Origin: Candidatus Uhrbacteria bacterium RIFOXYB12_FULL_58_10
Lineage (GTDB): Bacteria; Patescibacteriota; Patescibacteriia; UBA9934; GWF2-40-263
Reading direction: 5' to 3'
DNA: 64,000 nt
NCBI GenBank assembly: GCA_943354165.1
Contig: CALRBH010000003.1
Span: forward strand, 5,149 to 69,148
Position 1 is the first letter of the stretch, and every line of letters starts with the position of its first letter. The position numbers and the translations under genes are program-made. Of the stretch, positions 1-7,676 are shown piece by piece. Under the pieces are notes generated by a model. The model was given only the letters and a program-made list of their open reading frames with translations. It had not been told where the DNA came from and ran no database searches.

Positions 1-23
1 TAATGTGCTAAGGTGAGGGGCGT

Positions 24-1142
24 ATGAAAGCGCCCCTCATTTTTGTTTTGTTTTCGCTTGTCCTGCTCGGAGCCGGTTGCGCTCCATCGTCGCCGTTCCC
101 TGAGCCGATGGCGATCACTCCCGAGCCCACGCACGCCGAACCTCTCCATCTCCCCACGCCGGAAGAGGTGCGTGGAATCTATTGGACCGGCCAAACGGCC
201 GGAACCAAGCGGGCGGATGAGCTCCTTGCGTACATGACGCAGACCGGTCTGAATGCGGCCGTCATCGATCTCAAGATGGACAACGGCCAGCTGGCATTCG
301 CTCCCAATGACGTTTCGCTCGCTCCCTATGCGATGGCAAAACCGGCGATCAAGGACCTTGAGGCGCTTCTCCTTAACTTAAAGGCGCAGGGGATTTATCG
401 CATCGCAAGAATTGCCGTCATGCGCGATTCTGCGTATGCGGCCATTCATCCGGACCTTGCCTTTCATTACGCGGGCGGTTCGCTGTGGCGCGACAACACG
501 GGGGCGGCCTGGGTGGATCCTGCGGCCGCGGACGTGGCGGAATACGCCGTCGCCTTGGGGAAGGAAGCCTATGCGCGCGGGTTCGACGAGGTGCAGTTCG
601 ACTACGTCCGGTTTGCTTCCGACGGAAAGCTCTCTTCCATCCGCTATCCTGTCTATGACGGGAAGAAGACGAAGGTTGCGGTGATGCAGGAGTTTTTCAA
701 GACCGTCGGAGGTGCGATGAAGGCGGACAAGATCCCCGTCTCGTTCGACGTCTTCGGCATGACGTACGAAACGAATGATGATTTCAACATCGGTCAGCGT
801 CTCATCGATGTCTATCCGGAAGCCGATTGGGTTTCGCCGATGACCTATCCATCGCACTATGCAAACGGATTTATGGGGTACAAGAATCCCGCCCTATTTC
901 CTTACGAGGTCCCAAAACATTCATTCGACTCCGGTGCGGCGATCCTCTTAAAAGAACTGGGGATTCCGGAATCGGAAAGCCGTTCGCATACGCGCCCTTG
1001 GATCCAAGACTTCGACATTGGTGCCATCTATACCGCCGCGCGCATCGAGGCACAGATCAAAGCGGTACGGGACGCGGGGGCATCAGGCTGGATGATTTGG
1101 AATGCGCGCAACGTGTACGAGCCGGCAAGGTACGTTCCGTAG
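24..1142 (+). CDS. Putative glycoside hydrolase lipoprotein (DUF4015-like TIM barrel)
   Basis: Lipobox LGAGC; motifs VRGIYWT, GFDEVQFDYVRF, SPMTYPSHY, RPWIQDF, WMIWNARNVY. Confidence 0.8.
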   Translation: MKAPLIFVLFSLVLLGAGCAPSSPFPEPMAITPEPTHAEPLHLPTPEEVRGIYWTGQTAGTKRADELLAYMTQTGLNAAVIDLKMDNGQLAFAPNDVSLAPYAMAKPAIKDLEALLLNLKAQGIYRIARIAVMRDSAYAAIHPDLAFHYAGGSLWRDNTGAAWVDPAAADVAEYAVALGKEAYARGFDEVQFDYVRFASDGKLSSIRYPVYDGKKTKVAVMQEFFKTVGGAMKADKIPVSFDVFGMTYETNDDFNIGQRLIDVYPEADWVSPMTYPSHYANGFMGYKNPALFPYEVPKHSFDSGAAILLKELGIPESESRSHTRPWIQDFDIGAIYTAARIEAQIKAVRDAGASGWMIWNARNVYEPARYVP

Positions 1143-1155
1143 TATAATACCCCCC

Positions 1156-2553
1156 ATGCCCCGTCTTCTTACTGAGCAGACGTTTTATCAGTACCTAAAA
1201 TGCCCGCATTGGGTCTATTTTGACGCGCATGCGGATGCGAAGAACCCACACGATCCGCTGCTTGCGGAGCTCGTGAACGAAGGGCTTATTGAGGAAAAAC
1301 AGCGTGCGCTTCTCGCGCACAAGCCCGACCTCGCCGAGGTTATGGCGGAGGATCCAGAGTCAGCCTTCAAGCAAACCCTCGCATTCATGCGCGAGGGGAG
1401 AGAGACTATTTATCGCGGCGTGCTCATTCATGGGCACTGGGTTGGCCATCCCGACGTGCTCGAGCGCGTAGAGGGGGCGTCGCATCTTGGCGGCTGGTAC
1501 TACGTAGCCGCGGATATCAAGCGCATGCGCGACGTGCGCGACGAGTATAAGTTTCAGGGCTGCTTCTATGCCGAACTGCTCCAACGCGTGCAGGGAATAA
1601 AGCCGTACCGTGGATACGTGATCACGCCGGATAACGAAGCGATCCCGTATGAGATCGAGACGTTCGAAGCGGAGTTTCGTCTGACGCTCGACGAGATTGA
1701 ACGCATTCTTGCGGGTCAGAAGCCGCCACATTTTTCCACGTCCGGGTGCAAGCAGTCTCCGTGGTTTATGGAGTGCCGTGGGGAATCACTCGCGTGCAAC
1801 GACATTTCGCTTTTGAATCGCGTGTGGCGTGAGGAAGTGGCGCGGCTTCAGGAGGCGGGGATCAAAACGATCGACGACGTTGCCAAGCGTTCCATCGTGG
1901 ATCTCGAAAATAAATGTCCGGACCTGCGTCCTGACAGATTGCTCACCATCCGTGATCAAGCCGTCGCCATTCGTGACGGAAAACACACCATCAAGGGCCG
2001 CATTGAATTTCCAAAGGCAAACGTCGAGCTCTACTTCGACATCGAAAGCGACCCGCTGCGCGACTTCGATTACCTGTACGGCTTCCTCATTTGCGAACGC
2101 GGAAAGGAAACGTACCAATCGATCTTCGCCAAGGACGAAGCCGGCCTCGAGCAGGCCTGGCGCGAGATCTGCACGCTCCTCGAGTCGTATCACGACGCGC
2201 CCATTTATCATTATGGCTCCTTTGAGGTCGATGTCCTGAAGAAGCTCATCAAGAAATTCGGTTCGTCTTCCATCGTCCGAGAGGTCGTGGAGCGGAACCT
2301 CATCGATGTAAACCAATCGCTGCGTCCGGTGGTGATCTTCCCATTGTCGTTTTATTCCCTGAAAGACATTGCGGCTTATCTGGGGTTCAAGTGGCGAAGC
2401 GATGACGCCTCGGGGGCGAACTCGGTCGTATGGTTTGAAAATTACCTCGTCAAGAAGGATCCGGAACTCAAGCGCAAGATCGTTGAGTATAATGAGGATG
2501 ATGTGCGTGCGACCAAGCTCGTGAAGGATTGGCTCGTAAAAAACGCCGTATGA
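1156..2553 (+). CDS. TM0106-family RecB-like nuclease with C-terminal RNase H-like domain
   Basis: GHPDVLER..DIK PD-(D/E)xK motif; YFDIE and YNEDDVRAT motifs; start moved to ATG 1156. Confidence 0.85.
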   Translation: MPRLLTEQTFYQYLKCPHWVYFDAHADAKNPHDPLLAELVNEGLIEEKQRALLAHKPDLAEVMAEDPESAFKQTLAFMREGRETIYRGVLIHGHWVGHPDVLERVEGASHLGGWYYVAADIKRMRDVRDEYKFQGCFYAELLQRVQGIKPYRGYVITPDNEAIPYEIETFEAEFRLTLDEIERILAGQKPPHFSTSGCKQSPWFMECRGESLACNDISLLNRVWREEVARLQEAGIKTIDDVAKRSIVDLENKCPDLRPDRLLTIRDQAVAIRDGKHTIKGRIEFPKANVELYFDIESDPLRDFDYLYGFLICERGKETYQSIFAKDEAGLEQAWREICTLLESYHDAPIYHYGSFEVDVLKKLIKKFGSSSIVREVVERNLIDVNQSLRPVVIFPLSFYSLKDIAAYLGFKWRSDDASGANSVVWFENYLVKKDPELKRKIVEYNEDDVRATKLVKDWLVKNAV

Positions 2554-2975
2554 GAGAAGATCATCGCCTCCTCGCCTTTTTCGTTCTCTGCTTTGTTGTG
2601 ATCATCACAGCGGTTACAGTTGCACTGAATCGCTCCGCCGTGATTCCGACCGTGCCGCTCGATGAGCTTCCCGTCGCTGCGCCGGTGAATGCGGTTGTTC
2701 CAACCGCAGAAGCATGCCAAGCTGCTGGAGGTGCCGTCGCGTATGAACGCGGCTCAGAATGTGTGAGTATCCCAAGCGTGACGGACGCCTGTGACTGGGG
2801 AATCCCCTGTTTCTTTCTGAGAAATGAACCTAATTGTCGCGAGGTTCGCCGTATGTACTGCTCCTGTACGAAGGCATCCCAGTGTCCATCGGGTTACGTG
2901 TGTAACACGTATGGACGCGAGGGGCGTTGCGAATCCATTCCCTCCTATCCTTATGCGCCGAAACCGATCCGTTAA
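2550..2975 (+). CDS. Hypothetical membrane-anchored Cys-rich protein
   Basis: N-terminal TM segment, many Cys; ATGA overlap with upstream stop. Confidence 0.65.
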   Translation: MREDHRLLAFFVLCFVVIITAVTVALNRSAVIPTVPLDELPVAAPVNAVVPTAEACQAAGGAVAYERGSECVSIPSVTDACDWGIPCFFLRNEPNCREVRRMYCSCTKASQCPSGYVCNTYGREGRCESIPSYPYAPKPIR

Positions 2976-3786
2976 TAAAATTTGGCTGGTTGTCCCGGTC
3001 ATTATTGCTGTTTGCGTTATCGGCTGGATGAAGCGCGGAGCTTTGATCGATGCGGCCAATGAAGCGGCGAAAACACCACTTCCCCCCGCGGTGAGTTTTG
3101 AGGAGGTCAAAAATCCTCCTCCGATTTCTGTCCCCGTTCCAACTCCACCTCCACCTCCAACTCCTGCTCCAGCCCCAACACCTGCTCCTACGCCCACTCC
3201 TACGCCCGCTCTTCCATCCGAAATCAACCTTGCGGTTCCATTTATCGTCCAAGCCCCGTTCGCCAACTGGGATGAAACCCATGAGGAAACCTGCGAGGAA
3301 GCGTCCGTATACATGGTCGCTCTCTACTACAAGGGCGTGAAGCCGGGTGCGACGAGCGAACAGGCGGCGGAAGACGAACTCCAGAAACTTGTGAAGCTGC
3401 AGGAATCGCTGTTTGGATATTTTGAGGACACGACAGCGAGGGAAACGGCCTTGTTTGCAAAACGACAGTACGCCCTCACGTCACGTCTTCTTGTTGACCC
3501 GACGCTTGAGGAGATCAAGAAGGAGCTTGCCGCTGGGAGGCCTGTCATCGTGCCGGCCGCAGGACAAGAGCTTGGGAATCCGTACTTCACGCCACCCGGC
3601 CCCATCTATCACATGATTGTTCTGCGCGGGTATACCAAGGACGGATTCATTACAAACGATCCAGGGACAAGACGCGGGGAAGGGTTCGTCTACTCCTTCG
3701 ACACCGTCATGAATGCCATTCACGACTGGAATGCGGAGGATATTCAGAAGGGAGGAAGGGTGGTGATCGTTCTAGAAAAGAAATAG
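2953..3786 (+). CDS. C39-like peptidase domain protein with Pro/Thr linker
   Basis: TM anchor, PT-rich linker, VPFIVQAP..CEEAS, HMIVLRGY, NDPG. Confidence 0.8.
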   Translation: MRRNRSVNKIWLVVPVIIAVCVIGWMKRGALIDAANEAAKTPLPPAVSFEEVKNPPPISVPVPTPPPPPTPAPAPTPAPTPTPTPALPSEINLAVPFIVQAPFANWDETHEETCEEASVYMVALYYKGVKPGATSEQAAEDELQKLVKLQESLFGYFEDTTARETALFAKRQYALTSRLLVDPTLEEIKKELAAGRPVIVPAAGQELGNPYFTPPGPIYHMIVLRGYTKDGFITNDPGTRRGEGFVYSFDTVMNAIHDWNAEDIQKGGRVVIVLEKK

Positions 3787-3862
3787 TTAGTAGTAAGTAG
3801 ATAGTAGTTAGTAGAGTTAGTCGACGAAAATCCTACTAACTACTTACTACTATCTACTAACT
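3784..3862. repeat. Inverted heptad-array element, copy 1
   Basis: TAGTTAG TAGTAAG TAGATAG TAGTTAG TAG / 18-nt spacer / CTA CTAACTA CTTACTA CTATCTA CTAACT. Confidence 0.95.
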
Positions 3863-3873
3863 GCGTTTCGCAT

Positions 3874-5085
3874 ATGCCCGACCCAGCGGTTCTCTCCGTA
3901 GGCCAATATCTCGAACTAGTAAACGACCGCCTGCGCGAAGCGGCGGCATTTGAGTTTTCCATCGAGGGTGAAGTCTCGGATTTTCGCGTCGCGCAGGGAA
4001 AATGGGTGAGCTTCGATTTGAAGGATGAACTCGCGCAGGCCGTACTCAAATGTTTCATGACCGCCTGGCAGCTTCCGCATAAGGTCGAGGACGGGATGCG
4101 CGTGCGCGTGACGGGAGCCCCGAAAGTGTACGAACGGTTCGGGACATTGAAGCTCAATGTGCAATCGCTCGAGCTGGTGGGCGAAGGCGCGCTGCGCCGG
4201 GCGTATGAGGCGCTCAAGAAAAAGCTCGTTGATGAGGGACTCTTCGATCCTTCGCGCAAGCGCCAGCTCCCGCGCTTTCCCGAGCGCATCGGGCTCATTA
4301 CAAGCCGGGATGCCGCCGCATACGGCGACTTTTTGCGCATTGTGAATAACCGGTGGGGAGGGGCGGAAGTGATGCACGTGTCCGTTCATGTGCAGGGAAA
4401 GGAAGCGGTTCACGAGATCATCGAAGCCTTTCAGTACTTCAACGCGCTCGCTCCGGAGGATCGCCCTGATGCGCTCGTCCTCATTCGCGGCGGCGGCGGG
4501 CTTGAGGATCTCCATGCGTTCAATGATGAAGCTGTGGCGCGTGCGGTATACGGAAGCGCGGTGCCTGTTGTGTGCGGTGTCGGCCACGAACGCGACGAGT
4601 CGCTCTGTGATTTCGTCGCGGACGTGCGCGCGTCTACGCCGAGCAACGCGGCCGAGCGCGTGGTCCCAAGCCGCGAGGACGTCGGCTACGAGATCGCGAT
4701 GACCGAACGTCTGTTCGAGGACCGCATGCGCGAAATGATTGACCGGATGCGCCGGCCTATCGAACGGCTGTCGGCGAGCGCGGAACTTCTTGTGCAAGGG
4801 AAGGCGCTTCGCTTCTCGCAAGTGACGGGCAGTTTCGAAGCCAGCTTCAGCCGGTTCCTTCCGCGCGTGAGCGAACGTCTGCTCGCGAGCGAGCGCGTGC
4901 TGCGTTCCGTAAGTCCGGAGCGCGTTCTCGAACGCGGATACGCGATCGTACGTTCCGGCAAGGGAATCGTCCGCGATACGGGCGCCCTCGACATCGGATC
5001 CGATATTTCTGTACAATTGGCCGAAGGAAGCTTTGAGGCGGAAGTCCAGAGGGTGGAAGGCAAGGGGAAAACGAAATTGTTCTAG
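3874..5085 (+). CDS. xseA: Exodeoxyribonuclease VII large subunit
   Basis: OB-fold GEVSDF; RGGGGLEDLHAFN, GVGHERD, STPSNAAE. Confidence 0.97.
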   Translation: MPDPAVLSVGQYLELVNDRLREAAAFEFSIEGEVSDFRVAQGKWVSFDLKDELAQAVLKCFMTAWQLPHKVEDGMRVRVTGAPKVYERFGTLKLNVQSLELVGEGALRRAYEALKKKLVDEGLFDPSRKRQLPRFPERIGLITSRDAAAYGDFLRIVNNRWGGAEVMHVSVHVQGKEAVHEIIEAFQYFNALAPEDRPDALVLIRGGGGLEDLHAFNDEAVARAVYGSAVPVVCGVGHERDESLCDFVADVRASTPSNAAERVVPSREDVGYEIAMTERLFEDRMREMIDRMRRPIERLSASAELLVQGKALRFSQVTGSFEASFSRFLPRVSERLLASERVLRSVSPERVLERGYAIVRSGKGIVRDTGALDIGSDISVQLAEGSFEAEVQRVEGKGKTKLF

Positions 5086-5086
5086 T

Positions 5087-5296
5087 ATGGCCAAAAAACC
5101 ATTGCATTTCGCCAAAGCCTTTGAGGAGCTTGAAGCCATTACGGAATGGTTTGAGCGCGGGGACGCGGATCTCGAGGAAGGGCTCAAGAAGTTTGAGCGC
5201 GGCCTTGAGCTTGCGAGCGCCTGTCGCGAAAAGCTCACGGAGGTGGAAACCAAAGTCAAAGAGATTCGCCTTAAGTACACCGTAACCCCCGCGTAG
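5087..5296 (+). CDS. xseB: Exodeoxyribonuclease VII small subunit
   Basis: FEELEAI..LEEGLKKFERG; immediately after xseA. Confidence 0.95.
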   Translation: MAKKPLHFAKAFEELEAITEWFERGDADLEEGLKKFERGLELASACREKLTEVETKVKEIRLKYTVTPA

Positions 5297-5297
5297 T

Positions 5298-5648
5298 ATG
5301 CAGTTAGTCTTTCGATGGGTCATCAACGCGCTCGCGATTCTCGTGATTGCAAACGTGGTGCCAGGGATCGAGGTCGCCTCGCTCTACACGGCGCTCGTTG
5401 CCGCTCTTGTTCTCGGCCTCGTGAACGCGCTCATCCGCCCGATTCTTTTCGTCCTCACCTTGCCGGTCACGGTCGTGACCCTTGGCCTGTTCGCATTCGT
5501 CATTAACGCGCTCATGGTGTGGCTCGTGAGCACGGTCGTGAAGGGATTCACGGTGGAAGGATTCGTTCCGGCGCTTATCGCCGCACTCCTTCTCTGGGTG
5601 GTCAGCCTCGCGACCAACTCCTTACTCAAACAAGCGAAGGAAACATAA
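5298..5648 (+). CDS. Phage-holin-family (YvlD/DUF360) membrane protein
   Basis: Four TM segments, LVNALIRPIL..TLPVTVVTLGLF. Confidence 0.9.
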   Translation: MQLVFRWVINALAILVIANVVPGIEVASLYTALVAALVLGLVNALIRPILFVLTLPVTVVTLGLFAFVINALMVWLVSTVVKGFTVEGFVPALIAALLLWVVSLATNSLLKQAKET

Positions 5649-5656
5649 ATTTCATC

Positions 5657-5680
5657 CCCCGCCGTTGGCGGGGTTTTTCT
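5657..5680 (+). terminator. Intrinsic terminator
   Basis: CCCCGCC-gtt-GGCGGGG followed by TTTTTCT. Confidence 0.7.
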
Positions 5681-5690
5681 TCCCCAGACT

Positions 5691-6398
5691 ATGAAGATTG
5701 AGAAACAACCTGTGATGGTGCTCTCAGTAGGTGGTTCGATCTTGGCACCGCAAAGCGGAATCGATACAGCCTTCATTAAGGGTTTCAAGAAGCTGCTGGA
5801 ACGCCACATCCACCGCGGCTGGAAATTCGTCATCGTCGTCGGCGGGGGAGCGGCGGCAAGGCAGTACCAGGCGGCGGCAAAGGACATTGGCTCCCTTACG
5901 CGCGACGACCTCGACTGGATCGGGATTCACGCCACGCGATTGAACGCGCACCTGTTGCGCACCGTGTTCCGTCGGCTTGCCCACCCAGTCGTCGTAAAAG
6001 ATCCGACGCGCATTCCAAAGAAATGGAAGGAACCAGTTCTCGTCGGCGCCGGCTGGAAACCTGGTTGGTCCACCGATTACGTCGCCGTTCGCCTGGCGAA
6101 ACGACTTGGAGCCCGTATGGTCGTGAACCTTTCAAACGTCGATTACCTCTACACCGAGGATCCAAAGAAGAACCCCGCCGCCGAACCTATCTGTGAGATC
6201 GATTGGCCGAAGTTCCGGAAGATGGTGGGAAGCAAGTGGGATCCGGGGATGAATGTTCCTTTCGATCCAGTCGCGTCGAAGCTGGCCCATGCGTCGAAAT
6301 TGCAGGTGGTTCTCGCCAACGGCACCAAGCTCGAAAATCTCGATGCGCTCCTTTCTGGAAGGAAGTTTTTTGGGACGATGATCGGGGAATCCAAATAA
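5691..6398 (+). CDS. pyrH: UMP kinase (archaeal-type)
   Basis: SVGGS, VVGGG..ARQY, PGWSTDYVA, PFDPVA. Confidence 0.92.
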   Translation: MKIEKQPVMVLSVGGSILAPQSGIDTAFIKGFKKLLERHIHRGWKFVIVVGGGAAARQYQAAAKDIGSLTRDDLDWIGIHATRLNAHLLRTVFRRLAHPVVVKDPTRIPKKWKEPVLVGAGWKPGWSTDYVAVRLAKRLGARMVVNLSNVDYLYTEDPKKNPAAEPICEIDWPKFRKMVGSKWDPGMNVPFDPVASKLAHASKLQVVLANGTKLENLDALLSGRKFFGTMIGESK

Positions 6399-6426
6399 AC
6401 CCATTTGACGGGCGTCTTGATGAGTC

Positions 6427-6455
6427 TTGACGCCCCCAACCCGGCCTGATATCCT
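6427..6455 (+). promoter_or_regulatory. Sigma70-type promoter of rplJL
   Basis: TTGACG-17 nt-TATCCT with TGn extension. Confidence 0.6.
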
Positions 6456-6473
6456 CTTCCCATCAATCGAATA

Positions 6474-6580
6474 GCCGCAGAAAACGAGCCGAAGGTCCTG
6501 AGCGAAAGCGAAGGATCTCCAGAAGTCTCGTCGAGGCACATCATCTCTTCTGCGACATTTTGGTTGGCAGAATTTTTTAT
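6474..6580 (+). promoter_or_regulatory. Ribosomal protein L10 leader with attenuator-like hairpin
   Basis: GCCGCAGAAAACGAG...CTCGTCGAGGC resembles the L10-leader core; then TTCTGC..GCAGAA plus T6, upstream of rplJ. Confidence 0.65.
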
Positions 6581-6596
6581 TAACGTCCGTGTTTCT

Positions 6597-7097
6597 ATGG
6601 CCAAAAGCCGAGCACAGAAAGCGGCTACCATGAGTGGGATCACTGACATGTTCCGCTCCATGAAGTCCGCGGTGTTTACCAGTATTTCTGGATACACCAT
6701 GACGGATGCAGACGCCCTCCGTGCCAAGGGTCGCGAGTCCGGGGTTTCCCTGACGCTTGCGAAGAAGACCCTCCTGGTGCGCGCGCTGAAGGACGCCGGC
6801 ATCGAAGTGTCCAAGGACGCTCTCGACGGCAGCATCCTCTCCGCCGTGGGGACGGAAGACGAAGTCGCCGCCGCCAAGCTCATCGCTGACTTTGCGAAGG
6901 GCCGCGACGCGATCAAGATCGTGGGAGGATTCGTGGAAGGGAAGTTCATCGACGGACCGGCCGTCGTCTCGCTCGCGAAACTCGTGAGCAAGCATCACCA
7001 GCTCGGCCACGTGGTCGGCACGCTGAACGCCCCGATTTCCAGCTTTGTCCGCATTCTCGAGGCTGTACGGGTATCGAAGGAACCAGCTGCGGTTTAG
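6597..7097 (+). CDS. rplJ: 50S ribosomal protein L10
   Basis: AKKTLLVRAL, LNAPISSFVR; precedes rplL. Confidence 0.93.
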   Translation: MAKSRAQKAATMSGITDMFRSMKSAVFTSISGYTMTDADALRAKGRESGVSLTLAKKTLLVRALKDAGIEVSKDALDGSILSAVGTEDEVAAAKLIADFAKGRDAIKIVGGFVEGKFIDGPAVVSLAKLVSKHHQLGHVVGTLNAPISSFVRILEAVRVSKEPAAV

Positions 7098-7099
7098 CG

Positions 7100-7187
7100 C
7101 AGTAAGTAGAAAGTAGTTAGTAGTAAGTAGGGTTTAACCCACGAACTGCCGACTACTATCTACTAACTACTATCTACTAACTAACTA
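7100..7187. repeat. Inverted heptad-array element, copy 2
   Basis: CAGTAAG TAGAAAG TAGTTAG TAGTAAG TAG / 22 nt / CTA CTATCTA CTAACTA CTATCTA CTAACTA. Confidence 0.95.
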
Positions 7188-7194
7188 TCCAAAT

Positions 7195-7590
7195 ATGTCC
7201 GACGAAATCAAGAAGGAAGTTCCAGCCAAGTTCGCCAGCATCGTTTCTGAAGTGGAAAAGATGTCCGTGCTCGACCTCGCTGAGCTCGTGAAGGTGCTTG
7301 AAGACAAGTTCGGCGTTTCCGCGGCCGCTCCAGTCATGATGGCTGCAGCTGGCGGTGGCGCGGCTGTTGCGGAAGAGAAGTCTATCTTCGACGTTGAACT
7401 CACCGCTGCAGGTGCCGCTAAGATCAATGTGATCAAGGCTGTGCGCGAAATCACCGGTCTCGGCCTCAAGGAAGCCAAGGACATCGTGGACGCAGCTCCA
7501 AAGGCTGTGAAGACGGGTGTCGCGAAGGCTGAAGCTGAGGAAATGAAGAAGAAGCTCGAGGAAGCTGGTGCTACAGTTACATTGAAGTAA
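7195..7590 (+). CDS. rplL: 50S ribosomal protein L7/L12
   Basis: [35 protein letters not shown]. Confidence 0.99.
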   Translation: MSDEIKKEVPAKFASIVSEVEKMSVLDLAELVKVLEDKFGVSAAAPVMMAAAGGGAAVAEEKSIFDVELTAAGAAKINVIKAVREITGLGLKEAKDIVDAAPKAVKTGVAKAEAEEMKKKLEEAGATVTLK

Positions 7591-7672
7591 ACGACAAATA
7601 AAAAACGACAAACGACAAAAAAAGACAGAAACGACAAAGGGTAAAACCTTTGTCGTTTTTCGTTTGTCGTTT
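7589..7672. terminator. Bidirectional terminator embedded in AAACGAC heptad repeats
   Basis: AAACGACAAAGG-gtaaaa-CCTTTGTCGTTT (7629-7658) between convergent genes, with extra AAACGAC/GTCGTTT units. Confidence 0.8.
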
Positions 7673-7676
7673 ATCG

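Noticed and set aside
3916-5280. Long antisense or alternative-frame ORFs (also 25702-26895, 39717-41069, 48744-50033, 58131-59459)
   Set aside because: Shadows of well-supported genes in GC-rich DNA with no motifs of their own.
5298-5648. Holin-family gene as a prophage marker
   Set aside because: This family is a common chromosomal membrane protein and no phage genes are nearby.
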